Shown: piece by piece, positions 61,544 to 64,000 of the stretch | How positions within the stretch are numbered: the stretch's first letter is position 1 | Layout: every line of letters begins with the position of its first letter | NCBI RefSeq assembly: GCF_001447785.1 | Contig: NW_015174859.1 | Span: 637,808 to 701,807 of the forward strand | Origin: Gekko japonicus | Taxonomy: Eukaryota | DNA length: 64,000 bases | Direction of reading: 5' to 3' | Translations under genes and position numbers: made by a program | The notes under the pieces: generated by a model | What the model was told of the DNA's origin: nothing | The model's database searches: none | What the model saw: the letters and a program-made list of their open reading frames with translations, nothing else

Positions 61544-64000
61544 CTCCTGGTGGGGCTGGCCCAAGTCAGAAACCTCCCTTGCAGTTCCTGCAGCATCCCT
61601 AAAGATGGGGAGCCCCGTCCAGTTTTCCCAAGAATTACTCTGTAAAATTAGAACCCCGAAGAATGCCCTCCTCCCAGCTAAGCTTGTGCTAAATACCAGC
61701 CTAGCTGCTCTTTCACAGAAGCCCTTCTGAAGGAGAAATCTGCCTTCAGAATTTTTCTTCCCCTGGCAGTATAAAAAAGGTCGCAGGGGTGCCTTTCTGC
61801 AACGACCCTGTGAACTTTAGATGGGCCTGTTGTTCCCCCGGCCCTTCCTTCTCACTTACACAATCTCGTCTCCCTTCCTCAGGCTAATTGGAGTGGAGGG
61901 AGCTGCTCGGATGGCGGTCGGATGCTGGGCAAGAAGACCACGGCTCCACCTGGATCCCCAGCCTGCCCCCCGTCACTGCAGCCTGAGGGGGTTCTCAGTG
62001 CTTTGAAAGGAAGGGAATTCTTCAGGCATTTTTGTATTTTTGTACATACCTTCCAGATGTGAATTGGAAGGAGTGCTGCAGACTCCACCGCCCACCGAAG
62101 CATTCCTAGAAGCCGCCTCACAAAACAACTTTTTTTTTTTTGGGCAACTGAATGGGAGGAGTTAGTATGGATAAGACCACTCCTTGCCTACCCCATAGCA
62201 ACCCCCCTGCCCCGCCCCGCAGCAACCCTTCTCGTTGAACTGGAGAGGTAGCAACTCTTGTAGACTCGAGCAGCTGTGAAACCATTGGCCCTCCTGGAAT
62301 CCCGCCAGGCCCCTTCCCACATGGGCTGCCATTTTGTCCTTACTGTTGCCTTCTAATAAACAGGTTCTTCTTTTTTTTTTTTACAATATGAGGATTTAGT
62401 TTTATTTGGGCAAGGGGAAAGGAGGGGAGGATGCAGCACCAGAAGAAACTTTCAGTCTGGCTCTTTCAACCCTGAGCAGTTTGGGTTTTAGTGTGGAGTT
62501 TCCAGCAGCGGGACCTGGCCTTGAGCTCAGATGCCCTTGCATTGGTCAGCCTGCAAAAGCCCTCTTGGGATTAATTTCCTTAAAAGCCTCTTCTGCCTCT
62601 GTTTCGTTTCCACATTCAGGGTGCGCCTCCCCTGCTGAGAAAAGGCCACAGTCCATGCTAATCTTCTCTGCATCGTTCCAGTTTTAGTATATGTGCTGCC
62701 GGAGCCACAGTCATTTTCAAGGCAGTCTTGGCCACCTGCCTCTGCTTTTCCTTTCCCGAGGGGCCCTGAGGATCTAAACCACCACTTGCTTCTGTTCTTC
62801 CAGCTCATGCAAAGCTTGCTCCAGGGTCAGAGGCGGACACTTGTGATGGTTGATGTACTGTAAGGGAATAGAACGGGTTGGGACTCTTAAGCAAGGTGGG
62901 CAGTGTGTGAGAAGAGCACCCCCACCTGCTTACACCACACGTCTTACTGACTCTCAGCCAGGGAAGGGTTGCTGCTCTGGGCAAGTCATCCAGCTGTGGG
63001 ATCTGCATGTGTGAATGGCCTCCTGTCAGGCATCCAAGTCCCCATGTCTGTTCAGGTGTGTGTGGCAGCTGTAGCAACTCACCTGCCTCTCCCACATTTG
63101 GCACTGCAACCAGTCACCCGTTGCTTGAGCCACCATCCTGTCCTCAAACATGAGTCTAAAGCAGGTAGCACCGACTACACTGGAGCAGCCAGCATCCCCA
63201 GGATCCTGCTCCTTTCCCTCCCCCGGTCCCCCTCCCGAGCAGCAGTTCTGATGGGGGGGGGGCTGGGGATTTCTTCCAGTGCTGGTGTATTCAGTGCAAA
63301 TGTGTCTGCAGTTATGGGCTGAAGGAAATTCCAGGCTGGCCCTTTTGCCCCCACACCCAGGAGCCAGGTTGCAGGAGGAGAGGAGGGGCTTCCCAGGGAC
63401 AGCAAGAGCAAGTATGCCTGCTCAGAATCATGCCCAATGAGGACAAAGGGAGCAGGCCAGCCGAGAAGGCAACTGAGACAAACAGAAACATCAGCAGATG
63501 CCATGCTCAGGGCAGAACTGTTAGCAGTGGCGAGGGGGCTTCTGGTAAGCTGGAGATGTAAAAACTGCCACTTGCAAAGGTCTTGGGAAGAGAGCCCCTT
63601 CGCAGAAAGGTGTTAACCTTTTTAACCCAAGGCTCCAGTTCCTTTTCCCAGCAAGATTTCAGAAGCCAGGATGGGCAAAAGTGGCAGCACTCACATCACT
63701 CCTAAGGACCCCGTCCACAAGATCGACCTCAGTCTCTTCATAACCAGAGGGCAAGCAGGTGCTGCTGACCCTCAGCTACTGGATCTGCTCTCCACTTGGT
63801 CTTCGAGCCAGAACAGACCAGAGAGATCCCCTCAGCAAGGAACCTGCCAAACCTGACAGCTGAGGACCCCATTAACATCACTCTGTTGCCAGATCCACCC
63901 TAGCAGGTCGTTAGGAGACCGGAAGGGGATCCCCAGCTGCCAAAATATCCGGGGGGAATCTGAGGCCACCTATTCTGGCTTTCGAAACAATCCCCTATCC

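Noticed and set aside
62400-64000. C19orf44 coding exon expected from synteny
   Set aside because: No recognisable coding sequence on the minus strand, so no CDS was called

Overview
Eukaryotic genomic DNA from a squamate reptile, most likely a gecko (judged from Sauria/Squam1 and Squam3-like SINEs, CR1, Penelope and hAT MITEs). The window holds the conserved vertebrate block syntenic with human 19p13.11: TMEM38A exon 1 (minus strand; the rest lies left of the window), SMIM7 (5 coding exons, 75 aa, invisible in the ORF track), MED26 (3 exons, 610 aa), SLC35E1 (6 exons) and CHERP (17 exons, 919 aa), the last four on plus. A convergent polyA signal sits where C19orf44 is expected. Exon boundaries were read by hand (GT-AG, phases checked); family assignments are from recall, not database searches. 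There are four N gaps (4190-4892, 12818-12914, 40552-40601, 58404-58469). I found no evidence of a wholly new biological system. The most notable items are: a frameshifting loss of the first transmembrane segment in SLC35E1 exon 1 (possibly an assembly artefact); a SINE inserted inside the CHERP exon 6 polypyrimidine tract; a candidate CHERP poison exon; an alternative SMIM7 terminal acceptor; a splice donor overlapping the CHERP stop codon; and a deeply nested transposon stack in TMEM38A intron 1.
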